Positions 25,917-40,600 of a DNA stretch of 64,000 bases are shown piece by piece. Location of the stretch: assembly GCA_013239625.1 (NCBI GenBank), contig MU054391.1, forward strand, positions 2,881,130-2,945,129, written 5' to 3'. How positions within the stretch are numbered: the first letter of the stretch is position 1; every line of letters begins with the position of its first letter. A program made the position numbers and the translations under genes. The notes beneath the pieces were generated by a model. That model ran no database searches and had not been told where the DNA came from. It was given only the letters and a program-made list of their open reading frames with translations. The DNA comes from Lama guanicoe (lineage: Eukaryota).

Positions 25917-27019
25917 AAACCATGCATGTCGTCTTCTTCAGTGTATAAGACAAGGATGCTGATACAGAAAGGGGTGCAGCCTGTCTCTAGGGGGACAGGC
26001 TTCTCAGCCCAGGAAGGGTGGACAACTGTCCTCTCTCCTTCCCTTACAGGCTGCAAGTCCAGGAAGTGCACTCAGGCATTTTTGTAGAGCTTCTGTTGGT
26101 CCTCTTTTGTTCTGATGGTAAAGGATTAGCATAATTTGGCAGGAGCGGCTCCCCACCGCCCCCCCCCCAGCAGTTGGTGTAACAGGGCAGCTTTGTTGAC
26201 ACTAAAAATATGTGCTTTTAGGAAACAGCTATTCACCTTCTTTAGATATAAAAATAATCCCTGGGGTGCCCAGGTGAATGCCTTTTCCAGAGCAGGGTCT
26301 CAAAAGATAAATAAAACAAAATAAAGGAAAGAAAGTTGAGTAATATATTTTCTTAAATAAAGATTGTTTAAATTACAAAAGAAATCAAGTTCTAGCAAAC
26401 ACCTTGTTGAGAAGACCAGTGTGGACTTGTGACAATGCTTTACCTGGAGCCACAAACATCCCTCCCGCAGCTGGCTTCACTTGTATTTCTGCCTAGTGTG
26501 CGTGCGCCGGGTCATATGTCAAATGTACTTCATGTGGCAGGTCGTGGTCCGAACAGATTTGGAAGCCAGTGCCCTGCGCTGGCTGCCCCAGTGCTCCTCT
26601 GTGTTTTTGTTTGTGGTGAAACAGGTGAAAGAGAAAACACACACGCCTTACTTGAATTGCCAAGGGGAGCTGGTTTTGTTCAAGGGTGAAGAGCTTCAAA
26701 GAACATGAATTTGGAGAGCCCTGTGTCCAATTTTCACGCCAGAAGGAAGAGTCTGGTTGCAGTGTTGGGGCAGGGAGGCCAGTGGCTTGGTGTCTGTGAT
26801 AAAATTCTGCTAGACTACTGGGTGGAGTCGACATGCACGCAGCGACGGTAGAAATGGGCAGAAGGGAATGGGTTCAGGAGTGATTTGGGAGAAGAGCTGC
26901 CTGAGCTTACTGGGTTATGTGAACAAATGTGAAGACTCATTCTTTCAGTAGACGTTTACAGAATAGCCACTCTGTGCCAGGGACTACTTTAGAAGCATTG
27001 GAGAGTAAATGATTAAAAC

Positions 27020-27165
27020 AATAACAATAGTAACACTGGCGGGCATCTCATAAAGCACTCGTATCAGACACCTGTTTGCTCACACAACAGTTTTATAAGG
27101 TAGTCATTACCATCCCATTTTATACATGAGAAAACTGAGGCACCAGAGGGGTTAAGTAACTTACT
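27020..27165. mobile_element. MIR SINE, truncated by L1
   Basis: cccattttatacatgagaaaactgaggcaccagaggggttaagtaactt. Confidence 0.75.
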
Positions 27166-27169
27166 TGAA

Positions 27170-28330
27170 AAACACTGTCAAGTGAATGAGAAGACAAGCC
27201 ACAGACTTGGGGAAAATCTCTGCAAAAGACACATCTGATAAAGGACTGTTGTCCAAAATGTACAGAGAATTCTTAAAACTGAGCAATAAGAAAATGGACC
27301 TGTTTCAAAAAGGGGCACAAGACATGAACAGACACCTCATCAGAGAAGATATACAGACAGCATGTAAGCACATGAGAGGATGCTCCACAGCAAATGTCAT
27401 CAGGGAAATGCAGGTTAAAACAACAAGGGGATGCCAGCACACCCCTAGCAGAATGGCTAAAATCCCAAATATCGACATCACCAAATGCTGATGAGCACGT
27501 GGGCCAACAGGAACTCTCACGCGTTGCTCGTGGGAGTGCAAAATGGTACAGTCACTTTGGAAGGCAGTTTGACAAATTTTTCCCAAATTAAACTCTTACT
27601 AGGTGATCCAGCAATCATAATTCTTGGCATTTGCCCAAAAGAATCAAAACCTTATAACTACGTAAATACCTCCCTGTGAATATTTATGGCAGCTTTATTC
27701 ATAATTGCCAAAACTTGGAAGCAACCTAAATGTCCTTAAGAAGGTGAATGGATAAATACGCTGCGGTACATCCATGCAATGGAATAATATTCACTGCTAA
27801 AAAGGAATGAGATATCAAGCCATGAAAAGATATGGAGGAACTTTATATGCACGCGAGCAAGTGAAAGAAGCCAGTCTGAAAAGGCTACACACTCCATGAT
27901 TCCAAGTATGAGACATTCTAGAAAAATAAAAACTATGGAGACACTAAAAAAGGCAGTGGTGGCCAGAGGTTGGAGGGAGATGGGAGGGATGATTTTTAGA
28001 GGGGAGCATGAAGGATATATTTAGGGCATTGAAACTACTCTGCATGAAATGATAATTATGGATACATGTCATTGCCCATTTGTCAAAACCTAGAGAATAC
28101 ACAGCACCAAGGGTGGAGCCCGGATGTACACTACGGAACGTGGGTGATAACAATGTGTCAGTGTAAGTTCATCACTTTTAACAAATGTACCATCTGGTGG
28201 GGATGCTGATGAAGAGGAAGGCTGTGCCTGAGTGGGGACCGCCGGCACAGGGTAATTCTCTCTACTTCCCACTGAGTTTTGCTGAGTTTGCTAAAACTAC
28301 TCTTAAAAATAGTCTGTCTTTTAAAAAAAA
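27170..28330 (+). mobile_element. Old L1 (L1MC/L1MD-like) 3' portion
   Basis: Degenerate ORF2 translation (SDKGLLSKMYREFLKL...IREMQVKTT); L1MC-type 3' UTR ending ctcttaaaaatagtct plus A-run. Confidence 0.85.
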
Positions 28331-29199
28331 GAACACATAGCTCATATGATTAATATAATAAGACAGGACATTCATTGCAGAGGCAGTTTGTGTAATTATT
28401 TTCTTCTTATTAAATAAAAATCAAGGGCTGCATGATGATACCCACCAATAAAAGGAAGGCCACCAGATACAGAAATCTCAATCCAAGGCAGAACGTTCCA
28501 AGTCTCAGCTCTCAACCCAGTGTTTTTAACTTCAGTAGCACTTCTTTAATAGGTGAATTCAGTGGGCTTTAGCAACATTGTTTAAAGAAATGGAATAGAC
28601 AATAGCTTGAATTGTGCTTCACAAGGAGACCTGCTAATTTGTGACTCTTTGGTTCCTGCAGGGTGTGTACTGGCCATGATGTAAAATTGCGTTTCATCAT
28701 TTCAGAGTCCCTGCCCTATGCCCTCCGCCTCCGTGGTGCGTTCTCTCCGGCTGGGAGAGTCAGAGCATCAACAAGTGAGAATATAGCAAGATTTACCTCA
28801 GCTACTGCCGTGTGACGGGCCAGCAGGGGACTGATGGTCACGGCAGCCTGTTTGTGGCGGGGAGGGGTGTCACACCTAAGGTCGAGCCCAGTGAATGGCT
28901 CCAAACGCAACGATTGGGTGGAAGGAAAGTTCCAGGTGTGCAGAATAAATACAAAAAACCCGGAAGCATGCCGAGAAGAATGGGGGAAGGTTGGGATCTG
29001 GAGAGTCAGGCAGGAGTCAGATCACGGTGACCTTTTGAAATCCTTTGAGACAAAAATATTCACCCAAGACGACCTCAGTGTTTTAGTCTATGTGTGTGTA
29101 ATGATTCTGAGATGCTGTCCACAGTCAATTTTAATGAACATGTATGTTGTGGTGTGTTTCACAAAGTTAGGAAATATACGAAGAGCAGCAGGGAGCAAT

Positions 29200-29231
29200 T
29201 GTGTGTGTGTGTGTGTGTGTGCGCGTGTGTG
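29200..29231. repeat. (TG)n microsatellite
   Basis: Direct reading. Confidence 0.95.
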
Positions 29232-29660
29232 CCTGGAAGGTAGCTTGAGTTCAACGTACACCTATTACCACATCTAAGGGACATGCAAGGGGGATGTTCC
29301 GTAGGCAGAAGATACTCAGACCCTAACTCAGGACAGGTCTGATGGAGCTGAACGCAGAGGAACAGAGGGCTCATCTCAGACAGGAGGTCCCAGGAGAAGA
29401 AAGGGAGGGGGCCCTCCTGCCCAGCATCCTTTCAGCAGCAGAGACATGCTTGGAGTCAGAACACTTCTAAAAATGGCGTATTCCATTCAGTGATTCGGAT
29501 AATATCCCGGTGATATTTTCAGTGTATTATTTACTTAGCAAAAGTTTCTTCTTCAAAAGAAAAAAGAACATTTCATATTTGTTTTAACTGTGTTTTCATA
29601 ATTTTGAGAGATTTTGTAGAATACCTTATGCTCTTATATAACAGTCTTTATAAATATATA

Positions 29661-29743
29661 TATTTTTTAATGGAAGTACTGGGCACTGAATCCAAGACCT
29701 CGTACATGCTAAGCAGACGCTCTGCCTCTGAGCTAGACCCCCC
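29661..29743 (-). mobile_element. Short tRNA-derived SINE (vic-1-like)
   Basis: ggaagtactgggcactgaatccaagacctcgtacatgctaagc...ctgagcta. Confidence 0.8.
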
Positions 29744-30249
29744 ATAAATGTTTTTTTATAAAGATGCAATTGTAAAAAGACAACAATCATCATAAAAATA
29801 GTCATGTGCAGCTCTGATAATCAAAAGCAAATCTTAAGATTCTGAACATTAATTATATATCCAACAGTGTCTATTGTTAGTAATAAAATTGCATATATTA
29901 CTTAAAAACGATTATATAGATGGATATACACACAAATATGATGTGGATACTGGCTATAAATAGGTGACCGGTGAGTCTAATCCTGATTCAGTGGTTTAAA
30001 AAATAGCAGATACATTTCCATTTTACCAAATTAGACCTCCAAGAGGTGTACTGAGAAGCCCTAAGATTCTTTTTAATACTTGGTTACCGCTGATGTTCCA
30101 AACATCTGGTTTTCATGAGCAGAGACTGTTCCCGTAAGAAACCTACAGATCTCAAAAATGTTCCCATTTCTTTTTAAAAAAGGTTATATTTATTTAAAAA
30201 TGTTGTTCCTTAGGGAGCCAAAAGAAAAAAATAGAGAGGAGTTATCTTG

Positions 30250-30277
30250 TTTTTTTTTTTTTTTTTTTTTTTTTTTT
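30250..30277. repeat. Poly(T)28
   Basis: Direct reading; no recognisable retroposon body attached. Confidence 0.95.
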
Positions 30278-32879
30278 CTATAGCTAACATTTAATATGAG
30301 GGGTGGACCCATGTTAAAAAATAGCAATCTAGTCAATCCCTTCTGAAAACTCTTACCTTGCCTGTGGCAGAGGGAGAAATCTGCTCAACCACATTCCTGA
30401 GACCCCAGCAAGGCCGGCTTCACCCTTCCAGTCTCTGCTGTTTATTAAAGACTCATCGACTCCCAGGGCTGACCCGCTCACCCTCATCACTTCCATTCAG
30501 CCCAGACTAATAAACACCCCCTGCCTCCAGCTTTCCCGTCCCCAGCAAATGGCCCATTTTTCTTAGAACACAAGTTACATTTCTCATGTGAAAGAACAAA
30601 TTTTACCTTATTATTTCCTCTAAGAAGATTGCAACACTATGGGCAGAAAGCCCATGATTTTTCAGTCCTACTGTATGCACGTATTGCTCATTCTAAAGTT
30701 AAACCTAATAAAAAATAAAGTTGAAAAAAAAAGATGCTTTAAGTAGAATGTGAACGTGGCTTCCTTATGTATTCCAAAGAATAGATTTTAGGACTCTCTG
30801 CAACAAAGGCCAAGAGAAAAAGGAAAATAAAAGATCTTAATGTTTTTGCATAAAATATTAAATAAATGAATAGTTAAATCTGATTTTTGCTCTAGAGTGA
30901 AGAAGGCACATTACACCGAATTTGCCAGATTTTCAAATGCATTTTCTCTTTTAGAGCCTAAGATGCTTAGCTTAGGTGCCTTTGTGGTTTGCAGGAAAAT
31001 ACTGCAACTGAGCTAAATTATCTCAAGCCCTCTAGCTAGAGTGTGGATGTATCGTGTGTCGGGGTGTAGAGAGGTGTAGGGTCACCACCCAGTCCAGCCC
31101 CCACCCGGTGGTGTTCCCAGTAGCTGGAATAGCCGGGGAATGTGTGAGGAGAGAGAGAAAAACAAGACGCAGTTTTTGCCTTGCAGGAGTGAAGATGAAT
31201 TTTCACACACTGCCTTGGGTTTTATACCTCTCCAGACTTCAAGTTAGCCCATCAAAGAATGACTGTAAATTATTTTGGTTCCTTTGGCTCTTAAAAATAA
31301 ACTGCCAGCATTATTAGCCTGAATACAACAAGTATTGGATACGGTGTTTTTCTTTAGGATGCACATAGGTGGGGGGGGGAGGGGGCTTGGGCGATGGTGA
31401 TAATTTAAAAATAAAGATCTGTGAAAACATGGTTCCATTTTACGTTTTAAAGACGTCAGAAAAGCGGCAAAGCTTAGGTAACGAAGTAGTTTTTTTTCCT
31501 CCCCGCAGAGAAGGCACCTGAAAGGACGCAGGTTTGGGTATTTTTCCTAGTCCTAAGCAGCTGACTTCTCTGGTGAAATCCCCTGGGCAGTATCTCAGAA
31601 CTATTCAAAGTTGCCAGCTCCCCGACACTGGCGGGTGTGAAGATGGGGATGACGACCGAGAAGGAATAGGAAGCGGCGGTTTTCTCTTAATTAATCCCCA
31701 GAATAGCCGTAGATGGGAAACAGGGACCGAATACACACAAAGGAAAACGGGTTTGGCAGTAGCAGAGCAAGATCGACGGGGCACAGGCTGTTGGACCTCA
31801 GCTAGCCTGCTCACGGTGTCCACGTCCCACGTGCGGTCCGTCCCACCTTGCCCCTGACACAGGCAATATTTCGACCTGAAACTTGCGGTGCTCCTTGCCT
31901 TTCTTCGGTCGACGTTGTTCAGCTGAAATAGCGAGTGACCCAGAAGGAGTGCCAGCTCCTTGACGAAGCTGCTCTGGAGGGCGCTGGTGACCGAGATGGG
32001 GGAGGGGACAAAGAGGACGAGGAGGACTGGGAAGGAGTGGGGGAGCTGGGGGGAGGGGTCCGGGCGAGGGGCGGGAGAGGAGGGGGGCAAGTGACGCAGG
32101 GGCGGGGCTATGCTGCAGCTCTCTGGTCCCGGACCCGGTTTAGATCCAGCTTGGGGAGTGGCCAGATTGAACGCTAGGATCCAGCCCCAGCCGAGCCCCA
32201 TGGACCGTTACTCCGGCCTCCGACAGGGGCGGGGCGCGCGGGGCCCCGGCGCCGCCAAACCCGCACGGCGGCGTCTCCAAACACCGCGGAGGAAGGAAAA
32301 CAGACGGAGAAAAAGCACACAACAGAAAATGCAAACGGGGGAGGGAGAATACAGCCTCTCGGGCTTTAAGTGGATTTCTTTGCCTTAGAGAAAAGGAGAA
32401 AGGGAGAAGGAAGGAGTCCACGTGCCCGAAGAAGCTTGTTGTGTTAAAGCGCCACCTTCCGTCGGCCGGGGGCGCAGCGGACTCTCCAGGCGGCCTCGGG
32501 TGGCGCGCGGCGCGGGGGAGCGGCTGAGACCTGGGGGCGCGCCGAGGAGCAGCTGCGCCCACCCGGGCAGGGCCGGGCTGCACCCGCCATCTCAGGCTGT
32601 GCGCGTGCCCGAGCGCGCGCACGCGGGCAGTGAGCGCGCCTCGTCTGCTCGCACCGACGCGCCTCCGGGGGACCGGGCACAAAGGGGCGCCGGCCTCTCC
32701 CGGGACCTCGTCCTTGGTTCGCTCCTGCGCCGGGACTAGCCCGGTTCGCCCCGGGCGCTCCAGCCTACCGCGGAGCCGTGCGCGGCTCCCAAGCATCCCG
32801 GGGAGAGGCGCATCTGTGCGCACACGCGGATTTTTTAAAAATAACATATTTCTAGACAGGCCTCCTCCTCCCCCACCCC

Positions 32880-34670
<1,791 letters not shown>

Positions 34671-34734
34671 GAGGGGCGCCCGGCTTCTCGCTCTTTCTCT
34701 CAGCGGGTGCAGAGCAGGGTTCCTTGGGAGGAAG

Positions 34735-34800
34735 TCGTGGTGGTCGTGATGATGGTGGTGGTGGTGGTGGTGGTGTCGATGGTGGTGGTGGTAGGGTGGA
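34735..34800 (+). repeat. Imperfect (GGT)n/(GAT)n trinucleotide microsatellite
   Basis: gtggtggtcgtgatgatggtggtggtggtggtggtggtg... about 65 nt after the stop codon. Confidence 0.9.
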
Positions 34801-36087
34801 GGGGAGAGAAGAAGATGCTGATATTGATATGATGTCGTGACAAAGAAATTGGAAAAGATGAAAATGTTGGTGGAGTTAAAGTGAAATGAGTAGTTTTTAA
34901 ACATTTTCCCTGTCCTTTTTTTGCCCCTCCCCCCTTTATCGTGTCTCAAGGTAGTTGCATACCTAGTCTGGAGTTGTGATTTTCCCCCCCAAATGTGTTT
35001 TTGTAATTACTATTTCTTTTTCCTGAAATTTGCGATTGCAACAAAGGCGGAGGGGACGGGGCGGGGGAGGGGAGGGAGGACCCGCTCCGGAAGGCGCTGT
35101 TTGAAGCTTGTCGGTCTTTGAAGTCTGGAAGACGTCTGGAGAGGACCCTTTGGGCAGCACAACTGTTAACGCTAGGGAGTTGGTTGGAGATTTTTTTTTT
35201 CTTAAGAGATCTTAAAGAACTGGTGATTTTTTTTAAAACAAACACAAAAACAAAAAAAGGGACCATGGCAAATTTTTTATTTTATTTTATTTTTTTGGAG
35301 GGAGAAAACTGATGTCTTCTATGCATCCGATTCTTAACAAAACTGCAGGGAGCTTGAAAAAATGCAGACTGTACAAACGCTTACAAAAAAACAAAACAAA
35401 ACTGTGAACTGACTTAAGATCAGAGTTTACTTTTCAGATCAAATTGTTTATGGTTTTACAAATGTGATTTCTACTTGCCAACTTTTTTTTTGTAACTTGT
35501 TCCCTTATACCTCCTTGATTGAATACCAGACAGCCTAGACCTCAGTACAAAAGGTATTGAAACATTTTTGATACATAACAGACCTCAGTCTTTTTTAAAA
35601 ATTAATATATTTTCAGGCGTATTTTTGTACAGTGAAAAGGGAACATTCTTGCTGTGTTTTTTCAGTAAGACTTTCAGGCACTTCTTCCCTTTTGATTTCT
35701 TTTTTTTTCCTCTGTTTTTTAGCATGCAAGTATGTTGGTACGTTATGTCCTGGTTTAAAAAGGATTAAAATTTTAAAATAATCCTTGCATCTAAAGGCCT
35801 TGTGGTTTAAAAAAAGCGAACTTTCTTTTGTACAGCTATAGTAGAGATTTGTTCAATATTTGTAGGTAAAGATTTATTGAAAATGGTGATATAGACCTCA
35901 GAGCTGTTATCTTAGTTTAAAGATTGTATATGTACTGTACTATAGTAGGACTTTATGTATCTCATGCGCTGTGATATGTGGATGGGGCCCCAGATGGAAG
36001 GTTTGAAACTGGATTCTCGATTTTTAGCAAAAAGAAAAAAAAAGGCACATAGTTTAAAAAGTTTCTCATTTTGTGCAATATAATCTA

Positions 36088-36214
36088 AATAAAGTACAGA
36101 CCATCTGCATATTTTGTAGCAAATGGTGGCAAAGCAGACTCAATGCACTGTCGACATCATTGCCTGTTTTTTTTTTTTTGTGCTGGAAGTCTGTATCTTG
36201 ACAATTTTAATAAA
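36088..36214 (+). terminator. Candidate proximal polyadenylation signals
   Basis: AATAAA at 36088-36093 and 36209-36214, at the end of the first AU-rich UTR block, with a U-run at 36166-36179. Confidence 0.55.
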
Positions 36215-36529
36215 TCAGCTGGAACTGATAGAAACTCGCATCGCCAATAGTCTCTATGGAAGTCATACTGGCGGTTCTGTTGTCGCAGCGCATTCAGTGA
36301 CAAGGCCCTTGTGTGCACCGGTGGGAGGTGGCGGAAGAGAATTCCACATTTAGGGGGCTTAGGCTGAAAGTGCTTCATGGGCAGGCCGATTTCGTTTTCT
36401 CCCTTCCTTCTCTGGCTAGTTATTAAAAACCAAGGAGGAGGATTCTTTCTCTCTGCCTTCCTTTTCTTCCCCACCCCCATTTCCTTTCTTACCTCCTCCT
36501 CCTCGACTCCCGTCCCCTCTCCCCACCCA

Positions 36530-37640
36530 TCCTGGCTGGCTGCGGGGCGGCGCGGAGAGGTTCAGGGAGCAGGCCGGGAGGGGCAGGCTTGGCGAGGACC
36601 GGGTGACCAGCGCGCGGTCAGTGTCCTGGGCTTGGTGGGAGGTGGGGGGTGGTCCGCGTTCTCTGCCTGGGTTGCGCGTCGCGGTGACAGCCGCCCAAGG
36701 GCGGCCAGCGCTGAGGGCGCTAAGATCCCTGCCGTTCTCCCTCCTCATTGGGTGGGGACAGCCTTTTCCAATTTTGAATTTTTTTTTTTTTTTTGGACGC
36801 TGCATCTCCGCGTGTGCGCAGAGGTGGATGCTGGTGGGAAGCGCGGCCACAGTTCTCGATCTCGAGCGCTGCCTTGGTCAGGGGAGAGGTGGTCGTGGCC
36901 GGTGTCTGGTCTTCCCTGTGCCCTCGGGGCCGCGGGAGCGCGGGGCGCGGCGGGTCCCAGGCTGCGGAAGGAAGGCGCGGAAGGTTGGCCCAGGGCCGCG
37001 GGGGGAGGGACATGGCACGGCCACTAGGCCACCGGAGCCGCGGTCCCCGGGGCGTCCGCGCGGGCCGAGCCCCCGAAGGGGATGGAGGTGCTGAGTGCCT
37101 GGGCGGCGGCCTTGGCCGCGTGCGCCTCGGTGCACCCCGCCCTGGGGCCTGGGCCCGCGCGGGATACCCGAGCCGGGGCCGGGAGGCCCGCCGGCTGGGG
37201 AGGGGAGCCGCCAGGCTGTGCGGCGGGAGGAAGAAAGCCAGCCCGGGAGGAGGCGCGGGCCGCACCCCGGCACCCAGCGCCCTTGCAGCTCTGGGGCTCG
37301 GGGGCCGCTTCGGAATTTGCCTCCGGGAAGGCCGCCTCCGGGAAGGTGGTTCGGCTTCTTGATCGATTCTCCTTCTCCAGCTGCTTCCTTGGGGGCTCGC
37401 TGCGGACTGTGTCCGGCCAGTCTACCCTTTCCTCCTCCACTCGTTTTTCCAGACCCAGCCGTGTCTCCGGGCCCTGGCGGCCGGGCACGCGCGCCCCTGG
37501 CTCCGGCTCCCGTTTCGCGCCTTCCGCCCCCCTTTCCCTGGGGGCCGCGCCGAGGGAGGCAGGGAGGCTGCGGGGAGGCCCAGAGCGCCAGCCATCGAGT
37601 TCTCCCTCTCAGAGCTGAGGCGCCCGGGGTGGGGGAGGTT
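36530..37640. promoter_or_regulatory. CpG island internal to the SOX11 3' UTR
   Basis: Abrupt GC/CpG-rich block between AT-rich UTR segments. Confidence 0.8.
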
Positions 37641-40600
37641 TTCTGTGGCTAACTGAAACTCGGTGCAAAATCAGCACGCCTCTCTTCCTAACCTACTGAG
37701 ATGGTTTATCAAGATTTGGTCTCGCCGTCTTTACAGAGAATTGGGCAGGCCAAATGGAAGCATTCACTCACTACTGGGAGCCGCTAGGCCAAAGAGGCCC
37801 CGCGCCCTTTCTTCCTCACCTCCCACTCCCCTGCCTCTTTTGCCCCTGTGCTCCCAGGCCCAGCTTCCCCCAGCCTCTCTCCCCTTCGGGGCGAGCCTCC
37901 GCCCCAGCCCTCAGTCCTGGGATGTGAAGCCAGCGAGCTTTTGCTGCGGCTGGACAGATTTCTTGTCTGTGGCTGTTTCATTTCTAGGAACCCTCAGATT
38001 TCAGCAGTACACTTGGGAGGAGAAAGGGCGGATGGTGTTAACGAGGTTCTCAATGTAGAATTGGATTTCTGGAATTGTTTACCTTCCTCCCCTCCCCCCC
38101 AACATGATCGACTGATGTAGTCATTGGTGGGACATTTATTTTAGCCACGGATAATTGAACCAGAGTTTACAATTGACAGTTCTCTGTGCTGGTGATTTTA
38201 CGTGGCGGCCCTCTGCTGCAGTTCTAAAACTTGTTGACAACACAGACCCATTTATAAGGCTGAGTCTATGTATTTTGAAAAACGGAAAACTCTGCATGTA
38301 TTTTATGTTTCAATTATAGATGAATCGGACATTTTCTGTGGTGAGGTAGAAACTGAGTTACGGAAATCAGCAACGTAATGATTTGGCTTCGGACTGGAAA
38401 CTAATAGTCTTGATAAATTTTTTAAAAAAAAAACTGTGTAGCCTAAGTTCTTGATAGTAAAAGAAGAGAAGAAAATAGATGATCGGTGACCTGAAATTAA
38501 AAGCCTGTTAGAACTCAGGACGGGCGCTCGAATGCGCTTTTAACAATATTTAAGGCTGTTTTGATGACTGCATTGTGAAAAATCATTCTTAATGAATTCC
38601 TTATTGAATGTCTAAAGCATAATATAATACACAGGTATTCTTACCACTGGATAGTCTTCAATAAAAGTCGGATTGCATTTTTTTGGTCTCTTAAGTAAGT
38701 CTTATTTTTAACTAAGCATTGACAGAATATTTTTAAATGGCAACGTGGTGGGGGGAGGGGCGCCGAGTGCTCTGCAGCCTAGCCAGTGCGGATCCTGCTG
38801 TTTATAAGCAGTTCACAGACTTACGATGGCATTTTGCTAAGATTTCCATCTTTAAGAACCAGCATTCTCTTATTAATTCTTTAGACTGTGGAAATAATCT
38901 TCTAGTTCTTACACTCTGGCATGCATCCTTTTTATTAAAAAATATATATTGCTAATAAAGGCAGTGTATTTAAACTGTGCTTTGCAAATATGTATGTTAT
39001 GAATGACTACAGTCACAGGGCAAATTATTTGTAGAAAGATTACCCTTTAGCTGGGAAAAAAAAATCTTTAAAACCGTTTTGGGCACAAGTGTTTCTTTTT
39101 AATGTTAATCAAGGGGAAGTGATTTAAATATGCATGCATATAAGCAGTCAGGATGATTTAGTTGTTTTTTTGAGAAAGAAAAAAGACTGAAAAGGCAGGA
39201 CTTGTGTCTCCCTTCTCTGACAGTGGAAACCAGAATCATTTGTAATTGCTCCAGTTTGAGAAAGTTACATTTGCTTTTCTCTTCAGAACTTAAATGACTT
39301 GCCCAAGGAACCTGGGAAAGAAAGCAAATAAGTTGCTCGATTTTAAAGTAGTCATTCAATATAAATATATTATATCAACCTTAACTTTTTTATTCTCTGA
39401 TATGATTAATAATATGTATATTCTTACTTTTTCTTCTAATGGGCATATATATCCTTGTGGACACTTTGGAGAGAGGTTTTCTTGGACTCTCCCATTTATA
39501 GAATCTTTATACTCTTTTACTGCGTGGTCCCCTGCTTTTAACAGATTTCTGAGGCAGATATATTTGTGCTTTTTTCTTATGTAGGACGACCAGCGAAAAT
39601 AGTTCACTGAGTTGATGATTTTATCAGTAGATAAGAAACTTTCTTTACTACAGCTTCAGGGAAGATTTTTCAGGCTATTTCTCAGTTCTTGTAAGGGCCA
39701 AATTTTATAAAATTTCCATTAGGAATGTCAGTTTCCAGTACCCTTTGTATAGCCCAGGCCTGTGTGGACACAGACAGCCTTAGGTGTTCAACACAGGGAT
39801 TCACAAGCTCCCAAAGTCACCGTCTCCATGTAATGACTCTTAACACGTGCTTTGCAGAGATCTGGCTTGTTTTCATCGTTGGCTCTTTCTCACTGTTCAT
39901 TTATTGGATTTATTCTACCATATTCCCTTTCATCTGATGATCTGACAAATTCTGCTCTTTGATAACGGCTCAGCCACCCCACCCCCACTTTCTGTGGAGC
40001 CCACATTTTCAATCACAATAAAGATTAAACACGATTTATGAAATTTACCTCTCTTCCATTGTACTTTCCTACTGGCTTTTTTCTTGAATCCTCACGTATC
40101 CTCATTTTTTTTTCATTGTTATTTTTTTAACACTACCTATGTCAATTAGCTGCCTGATTAGTTTTATCTATTCCATGTGGATGCAGTGAGTTTTTAAGAG
40201 AATTTCACAAACAAGTAGTTTTTTAGTGAACTTAAATAGAATTTTAAAGGAGACCTATTTTTATACTCAATAAAAGCACAAACGTGCAGAAAGTATAAAA
40301 CGGCTTGCAAAGGGAAACACGTTCATAATGTTCCATGTATAAAAGTAATAATTCTTTTGGGTAGAGATAACTCTGAAAAGATTCAATACCTCTGCCAGTG
40401 CACAGATAGGACTGTTGTACAGGACTTGGGAACTTCTGTTGCAAACAGATCACTTCTCTGTTAAGAGAAAACAAACCACTCAGAGCAGTATGGTCGCGTT
40501 GAGATGTGGTTTCACAGGAGCCGTCAATGAATTGGAACAACCTAGATGTGCAGATGTGGAGGCTTCCTTCTCAGTATTTGATCAAACTTCTTTTCTGTGG

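Noticed and set aside
36377..37652. Many overlapping 130-216 aa ORFs
   Set aside because: Stop-codon depletion in a CpG island; no recognisable domain
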